Below, piece after piece: positions 40,701-51,798 of a DNA stretch of 64,000 nucleotides. Made by a program: the position numbers and the translations under genes. The notes under the pieces are model-generated. The model saw nothing but the letters and a program-made list of their open reading frames with translations, did no database searches and was not told the DNA's origin. This DNA is from a virus. Taxonomy: Duplodnaviria > Caudoviricetes. Each line of letters opens with the position of its first letter. Position 1 is the stretch's first letter. The stretch lies in IMG/VR virus record IMGVR_UViG_3300029268_002499, positions 765 through 64,764 of that record; one strand, written 5' to 3'.

Positions 40701-41294
40701 GTGTATATAATTGATCTTGACCCTATGTTTTTTAAACTTTTTAAAAAGGTCGGTGCTTCCTATACTGGAAATATGACACAAGGAGATGATATTTCTGCTC
40801 TCCTTTCATTAACAAATGCATTTAGACCAAAAAGATTTTTAGAAATTGGTGTAAACCTCGGGCATACCGCAAAACAGATTCTTCAATACTCTCCATTCAT
40901 TGAAACATATATTGGTGTTGATATTCCCTTTGATCAAAAAGAAAAAACTTTAGGAGATCAAAGTAAGGAAGTTCCAGAAACCGCAGGAATTGTATGTACA
41001 GACAAAAGATTAACAACAATATTAAGACCTTATGGCGTTAAAAATATAGATCCAGCAGAAATAGGAACATTCGATTTTATTTTTATTGATGGGGATCACT
41101 CTGTAGAAGGAATAACTATTGATACCGAATTTTCAGAAAAAATATTGAATCCTGGGGGAGTAATTGTTTGGCATGATTATGTTTGTTTGCCACTTGTTTC
41201 AGCTTATTTAGATCTTTATAATGATACAAAATGTGATAATCGTCTTTGGTGGATTAAAGGAACATCTTTAGCATTTAGAATTGGAACATTATAA
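40701..41294 (+). CDS. Methyltransf_24-type SAM methyltransferase
   Basis: [26 protein letters not shown]. Confidence 0.88.
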   Translation: MYIIDLDPMFFKLFKKVGASYTGNMTQGDDISALLSLTNAFRPKRFLEIGVNLGHTAKQILQYSPFIETYIGVDIPFDQKEKTLGDQSKEVPETAGIVCTDKRLTTILRPYGVKNIDPAEIGTFDFIFIDGDHSVEGITIDTEFSEKILNPGGVIVWHDYVCLPLVSAYLDLYNDTKCDNRLWWIKGTSLAFRIGTL

Positions 41295-41304
41295 GGAGAA
41301 ATAT

Positions 41305-42255
41305 ATGGGAAAAAGAATTTTGGTAACTGGAGGATGTGGATTTTTAGGAAGTCATTTGTGTGAAAGATTATTAAATGAAGAGAATGAAGTAATTTGTTTA
41401 GATAATTTGATGACAAGTTCAAAGAATAATATTAGACATTTATTAGACAATCACTATTTTGAATTTATAAGACATGATGTTACAGTTCCAATAAAATTAG
41501 AAGTTGACCAAATATACAATTTAGCTTGTCCTGCTTCTCCCATTCATTATCAGAAAGACCCAGTTAAAACAATCAGAACATCAGTTATGGGTGCTATAAA
41601 CATGCTCGATTTAGCTAAAGAAACAGGAGCAAGAATCCTTCAAACTTCAACATCAGAAGTATATGGTGATCCTATTGAACATCCCCAAAAAGAAACATAT
41701 TGGGGGAATGTAAATCCTATTGGAATAAGAAGTTGTTACGATGAAGGAAAAAGAGTTGCAGAGACTTTGTTTTATGATTATAATAGAAACTGGAATGTTG
41801 ATATAAGAGTTGTAAGAATATTCAATACTTATGGACCAAGAATGCATCCAAATGATGGAAGAGTAGTTTCAAATTTTATTGTCCAGGCTCTAAAAGGAGA
41901 AGACCTAACAATTTATGGGGATGGAAAACAAACAAGATGTTTTTGTTATGTTTCTGATACTGTTGATGGACTTATAAAAACTATGGAATCAGATTATATT
42001 TATCCAATAAATATAGGAAATCCTGATGAAAAGTCTATAATATCATTTGCAAACATAATAATAGATTTAATAAATCCAAAACTTAAAATAAGTTGTAAAA
42101 CACCACTTCCAAAAGATGATCCAATGCAAAGAATGCCAGATATAGATATTGCAGGAAAAGTTTTAAAATGGAAACCAAGAGTTGATTTAAGAATAGGTTT
42201 GAGATTAACAATAGAATATTTTGGAAATAAGTTAAGTAAAGGAGATATGAATTAA
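41305..42255 (+). CDS. uxs: UDP-glucuronate decarboxylase (UDP-xylose synthase)
   Basis: [48 protein letters not shown]. Confidence 0.93.
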   Translation: MGKRILVTGGCGFLGSHLCERLLNEENEVICLDNLMTSSKNNIRHLLDNHYFEFIRHDVTVPIKLEVDQIYNLACPASPIHYQKDPVKTIRTSVMGAINMLDLAKETGARILQTSTSEVYGDPIEHPQKETYWGNVNPIGIRSCYDEGKRVAETLFYDYNRNWNVDIRVVRIFNTYGPRMHPNDGRVVSNFIVQALKGEDLTIYGDGKQTRCFCYVSDTVDGLIKTMESDYIYPINIGNPDEKSIISFANIIIDLINPKLKISCKTPLPKDDPMQRMPDIDIAGKVLKWKPRVDLRIGLRLTIEYFGNKLSKGDMN

Positions 42256-42893
42256 TGTTCCTAAGTTTTAAAAGCAAAGGAATTGCAATAAAATATTTTT
42301 CTGATATGTTAAAAAAATATAATGCTGGAGATATATTAGATTATGAAGACTTCAAAAAAGTTATGGAAATATTAGAAGTACATCCTTCTTATGAAGAAAA
42401 AATATCAGGAGGAGTAAAAAATATATTAATTTTATATGATAAATATGGGCATAAGGGATTTAATATTGAGCAAGATAATGGAAATATTTTAAATTTTAGT
42501 TTTTATAGATGTATAAATGGAGCTTTAAAGAAAAAGGAACTATTCATTCAAGCAGCTAGACATTCAATAATGAATGATATAATTACATTTAAAAAAACTT
42601 ATTTTTCTGAAAATAAAGATACAGAAAATAAAGTTATATGCCCAATATCAAAAGACCTTGTTGGGTGGTATGAATGTCATGTAGATCACGAACATCCAAA
42701 ATTTCATGAAATCGTAAGTATGTTCATTGAACAAAAAAATATTGATTTAGATAAAGTAGAATATGAAAATATTGTGAATGGGCAAGGAAATACCTTCTCC
42801 GACAAAAGATTCGAGAGCGAGTTTGTCGATTTCCATAATGATGTTGCTAAATTAAGAATTTTAAAAGCTGAAACTAACATTAAATTAAAATAA
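42255..42893 (+). CDS. DUF3223/DCL-like protein with HNH-like C-terminus
   Basis: HP....KI..GV...FSFY.C, then CP.......HVDH...F..FH....LR.L....N. Confidence 0.55.
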   Translation: MFLSFKSKGIAIKYFSDMLKKYNAGDILDYEDFKKVMEILEVHPSYEEKISGGVKNILILYDKYGHKGFNIEQDNGNILNFSFYRCINGALKKKELFIQAARHSIMNDIITFKKTYFSENKDTENKVICPISKDLVGWYECHVDHEHPKFHEIVSMFIEQKNIDLDKVEYENIVNGQGNTFSDKRFESEFVDFHNDVAKLRILKAETNIKLK

Positions 42894-43406
42894 AGGAGAA
42901 TTTTATGAAACATTATAAAGAAATTACTGCATATCATGTTATTTTTGAAACTGATTTGGAAAAGCTAGACGATAGAGTTAATAACTTAATAAGTAATTGT
43001 CTTTGTGAACCAGTTGGTGGATTAAGAATAACGGATGATGGATTTTATCAAACACTGATTGAATATGAATGGTTTAGTGAAGAAGAATTTAACAAATAAA
43101 ATTATAAAGGAGAAATTTATGATTACTTACAGTACAAATGATTTTTTGAAAGCAACCGTTGGAAAAGCGATTAGAAGAGCAAGTTGGGATAAATCACAAA
43201 AATTTATTGTAGATGGATTAGAAAAAAATGACAATGAAGGGGATTCAGTGTATATCTCAGGTAAACTATCTGACCGGGTGTGTCAATTTAGAATGGATAC
43301 TGCCGATAATGAAGACATATGGGTCTTCTGTAATACTGGAAATCCTGTTATATGCACAATGATGGTTAGTAAGGATTAATAAAATAATTGCTAAAAAGGA
43401 AATAAT

Positions 43407-44336
43407 ATGTCAAGAATAATATTCGTACCTCAGTTTCCAACACCTTTAAGATATCAAGAGTTTTTTTTCACTGAAATTCCTAATGAGTTATCGAAACATT
43501 ATGACGAAGTTATTGTTTTAGGAAAAGGTGTTGCTCCTAGAGATGGTGTTGAATATGACAAGAAATTATTCTCACCAATAGATACAGCTTGTCAAGTCGA
43601 AATTTATCAGATGAGAGAGTATATGGCTCTAAAGTTGAAGGGTGATGATACTCTGCTGCATATGGATCTTTCATTCCCGGGACTTTTTCATAATATTCTT
43701 TATCATAAAAGACCAATGAACTGTTATTGTTATTGTCATGCTACAAGTCTTAATACTGGTGATTTATTTGAATGGGATAGAAATAGCAAATGGCATACAG
43801 AATTAGGTAATTCAAAACTTTATGACAGAATTTTTGTTGGAAGTAAATATCACGCAGATAAATTAAGATTAGCTAATACAGAAGTTGTTGGATTACCTAT
43901 TCCTCCATTTCCAACTTTTAAAGAAGAAAAGATATATGACATTATTTCAGTTGCCAGACCTAATCCTCAAAAAGTTGATGCTGAATTAGAGAATCATGTT
44001 AAAAAATTATTTGGTCCTATTGTAAGAAAAGAATGCAAAACATGGGAAGAATATTATAAGTTTTTATCTAGTGCAAAAATATTACTCATAAGTTCAATTG
44101 AGGATACATTCAATTATTCAATAATGGAAGCAATTTTAAACAATACAATTGTTCTTGCTCCAAACAGATGTTCATACCCAGAATTATTACCTAGTGAATA
44201 TATTTATTATGATAGAACCAATTTAGATCTTAAAATAAAATACTATTTAAATAATTATAAACTTGTTCCTGAACTTTTGTGTTTAGACATGTGTAAAAAC
44301 TTTTACAATAATATTTCTAATATAATTAAGCAATAA
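43407..44336 (+). CDS. GT-B (GT4-like) glycosyltransferase
   Basis: Y..FL..AK......EDTFNYSIMEA......LAP....YPE. Confidence 0.8.
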   Translation: MSRIIFVPQFPTPLRYQEFFFTEIPNELSKHYDEVIVLGKGVAPRDGVEYDKKLFSPIDTACQVEIYQMREYMALKLKGDDTLLHMDLSFPGLFHNILYHKRPMNCYCYCHATSLNTGDLFEWDRNSKWHTELGNSKLYDRIFVGSKYHADKLRLANTEVVGLPIPPFPTFKEEKIYDIISVARPNPQKVDAELENHVKKLFGPIVRKECKTWEEYYKFLSSAKILLISSIEDTFNYSIMEAILNNTIVLAPNRCSYPELLPSEYIYYDRTNLDLKIKYYLNNYKLVPELLCLDMCKNFYNNISNIIKQ

Positions 44337-44364
44337 AAAAAGGGCTTCTTTCGAAGCCTCTTTT
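44335..44364. terminator. bidirectional intrinsic terminator
   Basis: A-run, AGGGCTTC/GAAGCCTCT hairpin, T-run between convergent genes. Confidence 0.75.
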
Positions 44365-44378
44365 GAACGACTTAAACT

Positions 44379-44654
44379 TTAAGCCTCCGGTTTCGGTTCC
44401 AGTTCCGGAGCAGCTTGTGATTTAAGCCTTACCACGGTATACGTCTTGTTTGCAGCGAGAGATAGTTCCGCTTCTTTGTTATCCCACGGAGTCAACTTCT
44501 TCTCAATTTTAAAAGAATTTTCTTTCCGCTTCAGATACAATACTGCTGCCTTGTCCACGCGCATCGTCAACAGCGACTTTGCAACTGTATCTTCAAAGAT
44601 CTTCCTCTGCTCAAGTTCGTAAATCTTTTGTGTTTTCGTTTTGAATATTGCCAT
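44379..44654 (-). CDS. early hypothetical protein (monocistronic)
   Basis: ATG 44654 with AGGAGG; early motif at 44722-35. Confidence 0.7.
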   Translation of the reverse strand: MAIFKTKTQKIYELEQRKIFEDTVAKSLLTMRVDKAAVLYLKRKENSFKIEKKLTPWDNKEAELSLAANKTYTVVRLKSQAAPELEPKPEA

Positions 44655-44833
44655 TTTATTCCTCCTTCTATCGTTGTTTTTTTTTGAAAGATAAAGATAT
44701 GGCAATCCTCATTCTTTCATAAATCAATATATATAACGTTGTTTGTTTTAAATGGAAAGGAATATTATATTCCTATTATTATATATGTAGCAAATTTCAG
44801 CAAATAAAAAATGGGCATTTCTGCCCATTCTAC

Positions 44834-45079
44834 TTATAGTTCTGTTGTAACCTTTTTAGGTTCTTTCCATAATAGCTCAAACCAAACTTGAGACACAATT
44901 GTCACCAAAATAGTATACCCCAAAAAGTACCACTTGTATTTGCTTGCAATTCTAAACCAGAATGTGATGAACCTGGGGAGCCACTTTATAGCTGCAATTT
45001 TTCCATTTAGATCCCAAATATTAGATAGTGCCGCTCCCACTATACCGATGATACCACTAATTCTTAAAAACCAAATCAT
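44834..45079 (-). CDS. early small membrane protein (monocistronic)
   Basis: ATG 45079 with AAGGAG; early motif 45116-29; terminator 44806-28; two hydrophobic helices. Confidence 0.7.
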   Translation of the reverse strand: MIWFLRISGIIGIVGAALSNIWDLNGKIAAIKWLPRFITFWFRIASKYKWYFLGYTILVTIVSQVWFELLWKEPKKVTTEL

Positions 45080-45173
45080 GTCGTTGGTCTCCTTCACTGT
45101 TTTATTTTGTTCATCAATTAATATATATAATAAACTTAGAAATAAAAAAGGGGCATCACTGCCCCCTGCGGTA

Positions 45174-45248
45174 TTACTTCTTAAATTTAAAAAATACTGC
45201 ACCACCGATTGCTCCGAGAACTAATGTAACAATAAGAAGTTTTTTCAT
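45174..45248 (-). CDS. 24-aa single-TM peptide MKKLLIVTLVLGAIGGAVFFKFKK
   Basis: Early motif 45278-91, AGGAGG RBS, terminator 45144-65. Confidence 0.7.
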   Translation of the reverse strand: MKKLLIVTLVLGAIGGAVFFKFKK

Positions 45249-45277
45249 GGCGTATCCTCCTTTTTCTTATTTGTATC

Positions 45278-45335
45278 AATTAATATATATAGAAAAAATT
45301 TTAATTAAAAACACGTCTTACTATATATATTAATT
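45278..45335. promoter_or_regulatory. divergent pair of early promoters
   Basis: TATATATATTAATT on minus (45278-91) and plus (45322-35). Confidence 0.75.
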
Positions 45336-45387
45336 CTTGAATCAAGAGAAACATATTATTTATTTAAATCAAAAAGGAGGAGAAAGA

Positions 45388-46188
45388 ATGGAAAAGTTAC
45401 TTGATGAGTTAATTGAGTTGCTTTCCAAAAACAAAGACGGCTTGAGCATTCAAGTCATTTCATCATTGTTAAACCAACAGTGTTCGACAATAAAAAATTT
45501 AATTTGGAAGGTAAATGATCTGTCGGAAAAGGAAATCTTCAAAGAAATAAAACTTAGAGGATTTCAAAATTTTTCTCTTGTATCATTAGATTTAGATGTT
45601 ATAAAAGAAAAATTCAAAAAATTCGAACGTTGTATGGATTCGTACGAATTTTTGATTTTGAAATGTCTTAGAGTTTTCGATGAAGATGGTGCCCCATTGT
45701 GGCAACTTGAAAAAGAATTACATCAAGAAGGATTATCAGCCGTCTGCATTCAAATGTTTTTGAAAAAAATTAAAGAATCAGCAGCAGGGATCTTCATCGA
45801 ATATTCTCAAACGAAATGGAAAATATTGGATGACACTACATCAATTGCTGAGATCATTGCATTATATGGGGCTCCTACAAAACCAGCATTGATGGAACCA
45901 GAACACAAAATAGATGATATAGCGAACCACGTTTTTGTAACAACATGCAGGGAATTGGCTGCAACAGTTGATACATACTACAAGAATAACGATGTTCAAG
46001 TATTTGAGTCAAAGGATTATTTCGTAAGCATATCAAAAAAAGGTAAAAATCCATTTGATGAGAAGACAACACAAGGTATATTGGTATTTGCGAGAGATAT
46101 CGCAAGAGCGCTAGAAGACATTAGATGGAATGGTGGAGGGTGGAAACAACTTGAAAATCTATCAACAACAATCCAAAAGGAGGATTAA
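45388..46188 (+). CDS. early protein with tandem winged-helix-like domains
   Basis: LIELLS...GLSIQ.IS..L and IL.CL......G......L...L repeats. Confidence 0.5.
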   Translation: MEKLLDELIELLSKNKDGLSIQVISSLLNQQCSTIKNLIWKVNDLSEKEIFKEIKLRGFQNFSLVSLDLDVIKEKFKKFERCMDSYEFLILKCLRVFDEDGAPLWQLEKELHQEGLSAVCIQMFLKKIKESAAGIFIEYSQTKWKILDDTTSIAEIIALYGAPTKPALMEPEHKIDDIANHVFVTTCRELAATVDTYYKNNDVQVFESKDYFVSISKKGKNPFDEKTTQGILVFARDIARALEDIRWNGGGWKQLENLSTTIQKED

Positions 46189-46890
46189 GTGAGAACAAAA
46201 AAATCAATAGTCAAGAATAATGGAGAAAAAGTGAAAAACTTTAGAACCACAACGGACATCTTCAGAAAGATCATAGTGTTTCTACTAAGTCAAAAAACGG
46301 TTGAATCAGCAGAGATTTTTGAATCTGTTGGAGACAACGAGAAATCAGCAGGAGCAATGTTGAATTTGATGGTTAAGTTTATTCCGGAGTTTATTAAGGT
46401 TGAAAAAATATCGAGTAGAAAAAATATATACACTTTGACTCCTGCTGGGCATCAAACTGATATTGAAGAAATGAGGGAGGTATACAGAAAGAGAAAATAC
46501 GATTATAAGTTTAGTCGCAAAGGTAAACTCCCATCATTGTTGAAAAGAATTACCCCTGCTCCTGGGATCTTTGTTAAAAATTCTGAAACAAACGCAGAAA
46601 AAGAAATAGAAAAAATTTCTACGGAAAAAGCTTCAGAAAGAATGGTTCTTTCGTATTTGAAAGAAATATTTGAAACAAAACCTGAAATTCTTTCAGAAAC
46701 TTCTCAGGAAGAGGAATTCTCCATAGCCAGAAACTCCGATACGATGGTCTTGGGGTACCTTCAGAAACTTCTTGAAAGCTACAAGAAAAAAGAGATGTTG
46801 GAGATTTCTATCAAACCTGGAAATAGGGAAAAAATTTATTTCCTTAGAACAAAGGAAGGAAATAAATTAACCATCTCTTTTGGCGAATAG
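46189..46890 (+). CDS. winged-helix-like DNA-binding protein
   Basis: RKNIYTLTPAG wing motif. Confidence 0.45.
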   Translation: MRTKKSIVKNNGEKVKNFRTTTDIFRKIIVFLLSQKTVESAEIFESVGDNEKSAGAMLNLMVKFIPEFIKVEKISSRKNIYTLTPAGHQTDIEEMREVYRKRKYDYKFSRKGKLPSLLKRITPAPGIFVKNSETNAEKEIEKISTEKASERMVLSYLKEIFETKPEILSETSQEEEFSIARNSDTMVLGYLQKLLESYKKKEMLEISIKPGNREKIYFLRTKEGNKLTISFGE

Positions 46891-47424
46891 AAAAGGAGGC
46901 CCACAAAAATAATAAAAAATAAGGGAGGTGAGTACATTGTATGACTATGGATAAAGTTTCTAAAAGAAACAAGAAAAAATTTACAAAGAAACAAATCGAA
47001 GCAATGAAAGAAGAAACCATAAAACAGAAAAACAACAATATTAATAGCACTCCTAAAGGTGCTGTTTCAGATCCTAACATTGTTATAAAAAATATGTAAG
47101 AGGGGTTACTAGGCTGCATCCATGTCATAAGGCAACATGGATGCCAAAACCATTTTCATATGCAAAAGGATCTATATGGTGCATGAACATTATGTAACGA
47201 TGGTTCCATTGGTAATAACAAAACAATTTGGCCGAAACATATTTTCAAAAGGATACCTGATAAACTTCAAAATAATAATACCGTGAGAATTTCTAAGCGA
47301 GACTGGTAAACCAGTCCACTCGGAAACTTTTCTCTGCTCATTTTTTTGTAAAATATTTCAGTTTATAATAATCCTATTATATATATTGATTGATGAACAA
47401 ATAAAAAATAATAGGAGAAATAAT

Positions 47425-47856
47425 ATGGGATTAATATCAAAATCACTGGAAGGTATAGGGTTTGTACTTTATGCAGCAAAGTGTAATATAGCTGATAGTT
47501 TAAAAACGCCTGAGCAAAAACGTGCGGAAAAGGAAGCTTCTGATGCGTACTGGGCAGAGTATAAACTTCGGCAAAGTATGGAGCAGAGTAAGAGGGAAGA
47601 AAGAGAAGAATTGAGTCTAAAACAAGCAGAAATTGAAAAATCTAGAGAACAGATCAGAGAGACAGATCGACAAGACTTACTTAGAAAAATGGAAGTCTTG
47701 AATAAAAAGGTTGAACTTGTGAAGAGGGATGAGATAAGAGAAAAGGAAGAAGAGAAAAAAGAATTTGCAAGAATCATGGAAAAAACCTTCGGAAATAACT
47801 ACAAAGATCTACCATGGATCAAAGAAATGGCAATCAAAAAAGGGATCTCCCTTTAA
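47425..47856 (+). CDS. early coiled-coil protein
   Basis: Early motif TATATATATTGATT 47378-91; RBS; E/K/R-rich. Confidence 0.7.
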   Translation: MGLISKSLEGIGFVLYAAKCNIADSLKTPEQKRAEKEASDAYWAEYKLRQSMEQSKREEREELSLKQAEIEKSREQIRETDRQDLLRKMEVLNKKVELVKRDEIREKEEEKKEFARIMEKTFGNNYKDLPWIKEMAIKKGISL

Positions 47857-47860
47857 GATG

Positions 47861-47930
47861 AAGGAGAGTAATCTCTCCTTTTTTATAGTTTTTTTTGCAA
47901 AAAAAAAGGGAGAGCTAAAATGCTCTCCCC
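47861..47930. terminator. paired convergent terminators
   Basis: AAGGAGAG/CTCTCCTT plus T-run; A-run plus GGGAGAGC/GCTCTCCC. Confidence 0.75.
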
Positions 47931-47946
47931 AAAGATAAAAAGGAGG

Positions 47947-49995
47947 TTACTTTATGAAGAGGTTTATATCGATCTTTTCTACTACTCTTGTAGGCTGTAG
48001 CACAATGTTGACGTGGATAGTCTTTGTTTTTATTTCATAAGGTGTTGCACCAACATCAACTGTGTAAGAATACAGACCACGTTTTGATTTAATAAGCTCA
48101 AGGAATGAAGTACAATCAGCTTTTATTTGATTCCAAGTTGTTGAATCATTCATCTCGAAGATATAATATCTGCAATATTGTTCAAGAGCTCTTTTAACAT
48201 AAAGAACAAGCCTTACAATATTTATATCTTGTAGTGCTGATGGTTTTGTTTGTGTAGTTAAATTACCCCATACAACATAACCAGGAGCAAACTTAACAAT
48301 TGGATTCAACTGTGCCAAATACAACTGATCTCTTTCACCTTGTTTTGGATTATACCTTAAATTCCTAATTGATGCAATTGATGCTCTATTAAATCCTGCA
48401 ACTGCGTACCAAATTTCTGCAACGAAATCATTTCTAGGAATAAGATAACTCATGTGATAAACAGGAGAAACCCAAATTTCTTTTCCAGTAAATGTGTCGT
48501 ATATTTGGTTGTATTCCTCATAGAGAGCACAATACATTGTATTGTATGTGTGATGATTCTTTCTTTCAACCAATGAATCGCTGCAAGTTTTATTGCTGCC
48601 ATTATCAAGAATTGCAATACAATCTTCCCTTTCAACAACCAAATCATGAATTGCAGTTTTAACGGATGTTTCATAGCCAGCATCAAATACAAGGTTGAAA
48701 TAAACATTATCCGTATCGTACATGCTATTTTCATAAATTACTGTTACAGCATCAGGATCTGATGTCGGAGAAAGAATTGGACTTATCAATTGCCCAACAT
48801 AACCTTTTGCCAATGTCAACGAACCAATTGAAGAAACAAACTGCCCTTGATTGTCAACCAATGATCCATCTGATCCCTTCTTCAAAGGAACAGGAATTTC
48901 AGATTCAAATTCTGGGCAATCAGAAACAAGAACTTTCGCTTTTTTGACAGAATAAGTTATAAATGGGTCAGTCCATCTAAATGCAGGAGTTTCCCCAGGA
49001 TTATCCCAGAACCAACCAGGACTTCTTGATGTTAACCTACTGTCATAAATATTAACTGTATTGTTGTCTAAATCAGAAGATTCCCCCAACCAACCATAAA
49101 CTGTATTACCAAAACTATCTTTAGCAACAACAACATATGAACATTCTGCCGCTAAATCAGGTGTCTGCCAGTTGTAGAAATTCTGTTTGTCATCAATTAA
49201 CATTGGTGAATAAGATGTTGAATCATTTGGAACAACAGAAACATTTCCCATATTTTGGGCATATGCTTTTATAAGAAGATCATACCCTGATGTATACGGG
49301 GATGTTGGTTCGTCACCAACTGTCATGTCGCATTTTAAAATATTTGAATATGTGTTCAAAACATAAACAATCCAGATAGAATCACCAGAATCGTCAACTG
49401 CTGTTGGTTCAAAAGAAACAGAGAATGATTCAACAATAACTTCATCACCATCAGATTGCTTTTCATAAATATCTAGATTATAAATTCCAGTTACCATTTG
49501 ATTTGCATAAGGAGTCAATCTTATACCAATCTGGTTGTAATAATCGCCTCTGCCCATTGGATAAATAATAGCAAGAGGCAATGTTGGTCCTACTTGCTCA
49601 AGAGAAGAATTTAGATCATTTCTAGTCCTTCTGTCAGCTACCCACTGAACACCAATTGCTGCGTCACTTTCCCCAGTAACTACTTCAGCATAAATCAAAA
49701 GATTTGCATAAGCAGCATCATAGGGCATACAACGCATAAAATACATTGCGTTTGCTTCACCAAGGAAATTATATGCCTCATAAAGTCCTTGCCCCCAAGT
49801 TTGCCCATACGTCAAAATATTTGGTTCCCCAAATTCCTTAACCAAATCGCTTCTTGAAGCAAGAAATACCATTTGGTTATCCCTACCCTTTTTCGACAAT
49901 GCGCACAAAAATCCGATTGAAGATGGAACTGTTTGAACATAACTAGAAAGATCGATTATCTTTGTGTACACGCCCGGTGATATGTTGTTTGCCAT
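47947..49995 (-). CDS. contractile tail sheath protein
   Basis: SPGVY...ID.S, FGEP, R.DC.AILD, W.A.AG..R, LNPI...G...WG..T...SAL..IN..RL, FE.ND. Confidence 0.95.
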   Translation of the reverse strand: MANNISPGVYTKIIDLSSYVQTVPSSIGFLCALSKKGRDNQMVFLASRSDLVKEFGEPNILTYGQTWGQGLYEAYNFLGEANAMYFMRCMPYDAAYANLLIYAEVVTGESDAAIGVQWVADRRTRNDLNSSLEQVGPTLPLAIIYPMGRGDYYNQIGIRLTPYANQMVTGIYNLDIYEKQSDGDEVIVESFSVSFEPTAVDDSGDSIWIVYVLNTYSNILKCDMTVGDEPTSPYTSGYDLLIKAYAQNMGNVSVVPNDSTSYSPMLIDDKQNFYNWQTPDLAAECSYVVVAKDSFGNTVYGWLGESSDLDNNTVNIYDSRLTSRSPGWFWDNPGETPAFRWTDPFITYSVKKAKVLVSDCPEFESEIPVPLKKGSDGSLVDNQGQFVSSIGSLTLAKGYVGQLISPILSPTSDPDAVTVIYENSMYDTDNVYFNLVFDAGYETSVKTAIHDLVVEREDCIAILDNGSNKTCSDSLVERKNHHTYNTMYCALYEEYNQIYDTFTGKEIWVSPVYHMSYLIPRNDFVAEIWYAVAGFNRASIASIRNLRYNPKQGERDQLYLAQLNPIVKFAPGYVVWGNLTTQTKPSALQDINIVRLVLYVKRALEQYCRYYIFEMNDSTTWNQIKADCTSFLELIKSKRGLYSYTVDVGATPYEIKTKTIHVNIVLQPTRVVEKIDINLFIK

Positions 49996-50066
49996 TACTA
50001 AATTCCTCCAGGAATTTTTAAAGAATTCTCTAATTTTTTTATCTCTATTGCACGTTAGCCTTTTTT

Positions 50067-50354
50067 TTATACTCTAATTTTATAAAGCTCCGCTGGTGAA
50101 AACCCCTGAACTTGTTCAGGGGATGAAACCAGTAAATCAGTAAAATTATAGAAGTTTTTAACGGTTTTAATGACCCCTGAACTTCTATCATAAACAGGTA
50201 GATTTCCTTCGAGGTTGTTATCAGAGGTTTTTAAACTATGCACACTAGGGACTCGGTAGAGCCATATATCCTTGTTTAATGCATAATCACAGTTGCTACA
50301 GACTTGGAAAGCATCTGTAGGTGTGTATGTATTTCTCTCTGATAACTTCTGCAT
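50067..50354 (-). CDS. hypothetical late protein
   Basis: ORF in the structural operon. Confidence 0.5.
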   Translation of the reverse strand: MQKLSERNTYTPTDAFQVCSNCDYALNKDIWLYRVPSVHSLKTSDNNLEGNLPVYDRSSGVIKTVKNFYNFTDLLVSSPEQVQGFSPAELYKIRV

Positions 50355-50474
50355 ACATTAGCCCCTTATTGCTAATTTAAGCCCTCTAATCAACCTTTTG
50401 TGATAAATCACGTATTTGAGTATTACTACTCAAGCCCCTTAACTTGTTAAGGGGTGGTTGACTATTTCTGTTAA

Positions 50475-51146
50475 TCAATAATAAATATTCCAAACAAAAA
50501 TTATATTTCTAGATTCAATTTTTGGCATTGATGGGAAAGTGACTTTTGCATACATATTGAATCCTGTATTCAATCCACCTCCATTGCTAGGAGCTGTGAA
50601 TAATGCAGCCTCATTAACAATATATCCATTGCAATCTTGGGCTGTCAATGTAATAGTTATTTGCGCAATTAAGTATGCATTATCATTATTTTCATCTTGA
50701 ACAAAAATTGGATCGCTATCAAAAAGTTTCTTATAACATCCACTACCAGCTCGAAAATCTCCATAATGAAGATCTTCATCTTCTGTTATAAAAGGAAATT
50801 CACTGTTCAAACTTATGTCATTATTTGTTGGTGAAATCGGATCAAATGGATTTCCAACTGGGCACCCACCATATCCAACACCGAACCAGCACAACCAGTC
50901 TGATGAAAGAGGTAAAATACTAGTATTATCTATATTCATAGCTCTAGAAACAAGCCATTCTCTTCCAAGATAAACAACCAAATTGCTCTTTGATACAAGT
51001 TTTACATTTCCATTTTCATCTTCTTCATAAATTTCAACATGCCCTTGTGGTTTACAATTATTTTCTTTTTGGCATGATCGGATAAGGTTTGCATCAAGAG
51101 CCTCACCATATTTTTCATTTACGATAATTTTGACTTCTTCTGACAT
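50475..51146 (-). CDS. baseplate/tail-collar-like structural protein
   Basis: G.V.I...NLVV..GR...G.G...NG..VNEAALF...YAK.TF...K......F.W.I; late motif upstream. Confidence 0.65.
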   Translation of the reverse strand: MSEEVKIIVNEKYGEALDANLIRSCQKENNCKPQGHVEIYEEDENGNVKLVSKSNLVVYLGREWLVSRAMNIDNTSILPLSSDWLCWFGVGYGGCPVGNPFDPISPTNNDISLNSEFPFITEDEDLHYGDFRAGSGCYKKLFDSDPIFVQDENNDNAYLIAQITITLTAQDCNGYIVNEAALFTAPSNGGGLNTGFNMYAKVTFPSMPKIESRNIIFVWNIYY

Positions 51147-51206
51147 TTATAGCTTCCTCATAAAAGCAACCTTTAATTTTTAATTTGTTCTCTTTTTGAA
51201 CAGGTA

Positions 51207-51656
51207 TCATTTTTGAATGATCTCTAGGTAATTTTCAAGAACACTTTGATCTTTTGCTTTAAAAAATTTGTAAACATTCTTTCTTTTTTGTTGTGTATTT
51301 CTTGAAACAATAGCCATATTTATGAAAAAATATTTTCCTTTGAGACGTTTTCCCTTAAAAACCACAGTCATACTAGCATTTGAGAATTTGATTATATCAC
51401 ATTTTCCAGAATCTAATTTTTTGATTGTTCCTGCGCCATATTCATTATCAGGAATAGTGCCTGTAAATAGAGCATTTTCGCGATTATGGTCAGATGTTCT
51501 AGTTATGTATTTAACGACACCTGGTTTATCCGAAGGAAATTCATTCATTGCAAAAGATGCCCAATTTTGGCTTGAAGGCATCTGAAATCTCAAGTCAAAA
51601 TGAAGTCCTCGTTTTTTTGCTTTATGTTCAAATATTGCAAACTCACTCTTGGTCAT
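51207..51656 (-). CDS. stand-alone LigD 3'-phosphoesterase domain protein
   Basis: H.A....HFDLR...SFA...T.DH...F.G.IP...YGAG.....D.G. Confidence 0.85.
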   Translation of the reverse strand: MTKSEFAIFEHKAKKRGLHFDLRFQMPSSQNWASFAMNEFPSDKPGVVKYITRTSDHNRENALFTGTIPDNEYGAGTIKKLDSGKCDIIKFSNASMTVVFKGKRLKGKYFFINMAIVSRNTQQKRKNVYKFFKAKDQSVLENYLEIIQK

Positions 51657-51798
51657 TTAAAATCCTTCCAATCTCTTTTTATATTTTGTTCTGAACTATT
51701 TTAATAAACAAAATACTATATATATAAATTAACAATAATGAAGAAACTGTGAAAGTTTTCGCCCGGGGAAACCCAGCAAATTTTTTGAGGAAAAAATT

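Noticed and set aside
47100-47340. ncRNA or frameshifted gene after the short ORF at 46941
   Set aside because: Only isolated hairpins and short open frames; not enough support
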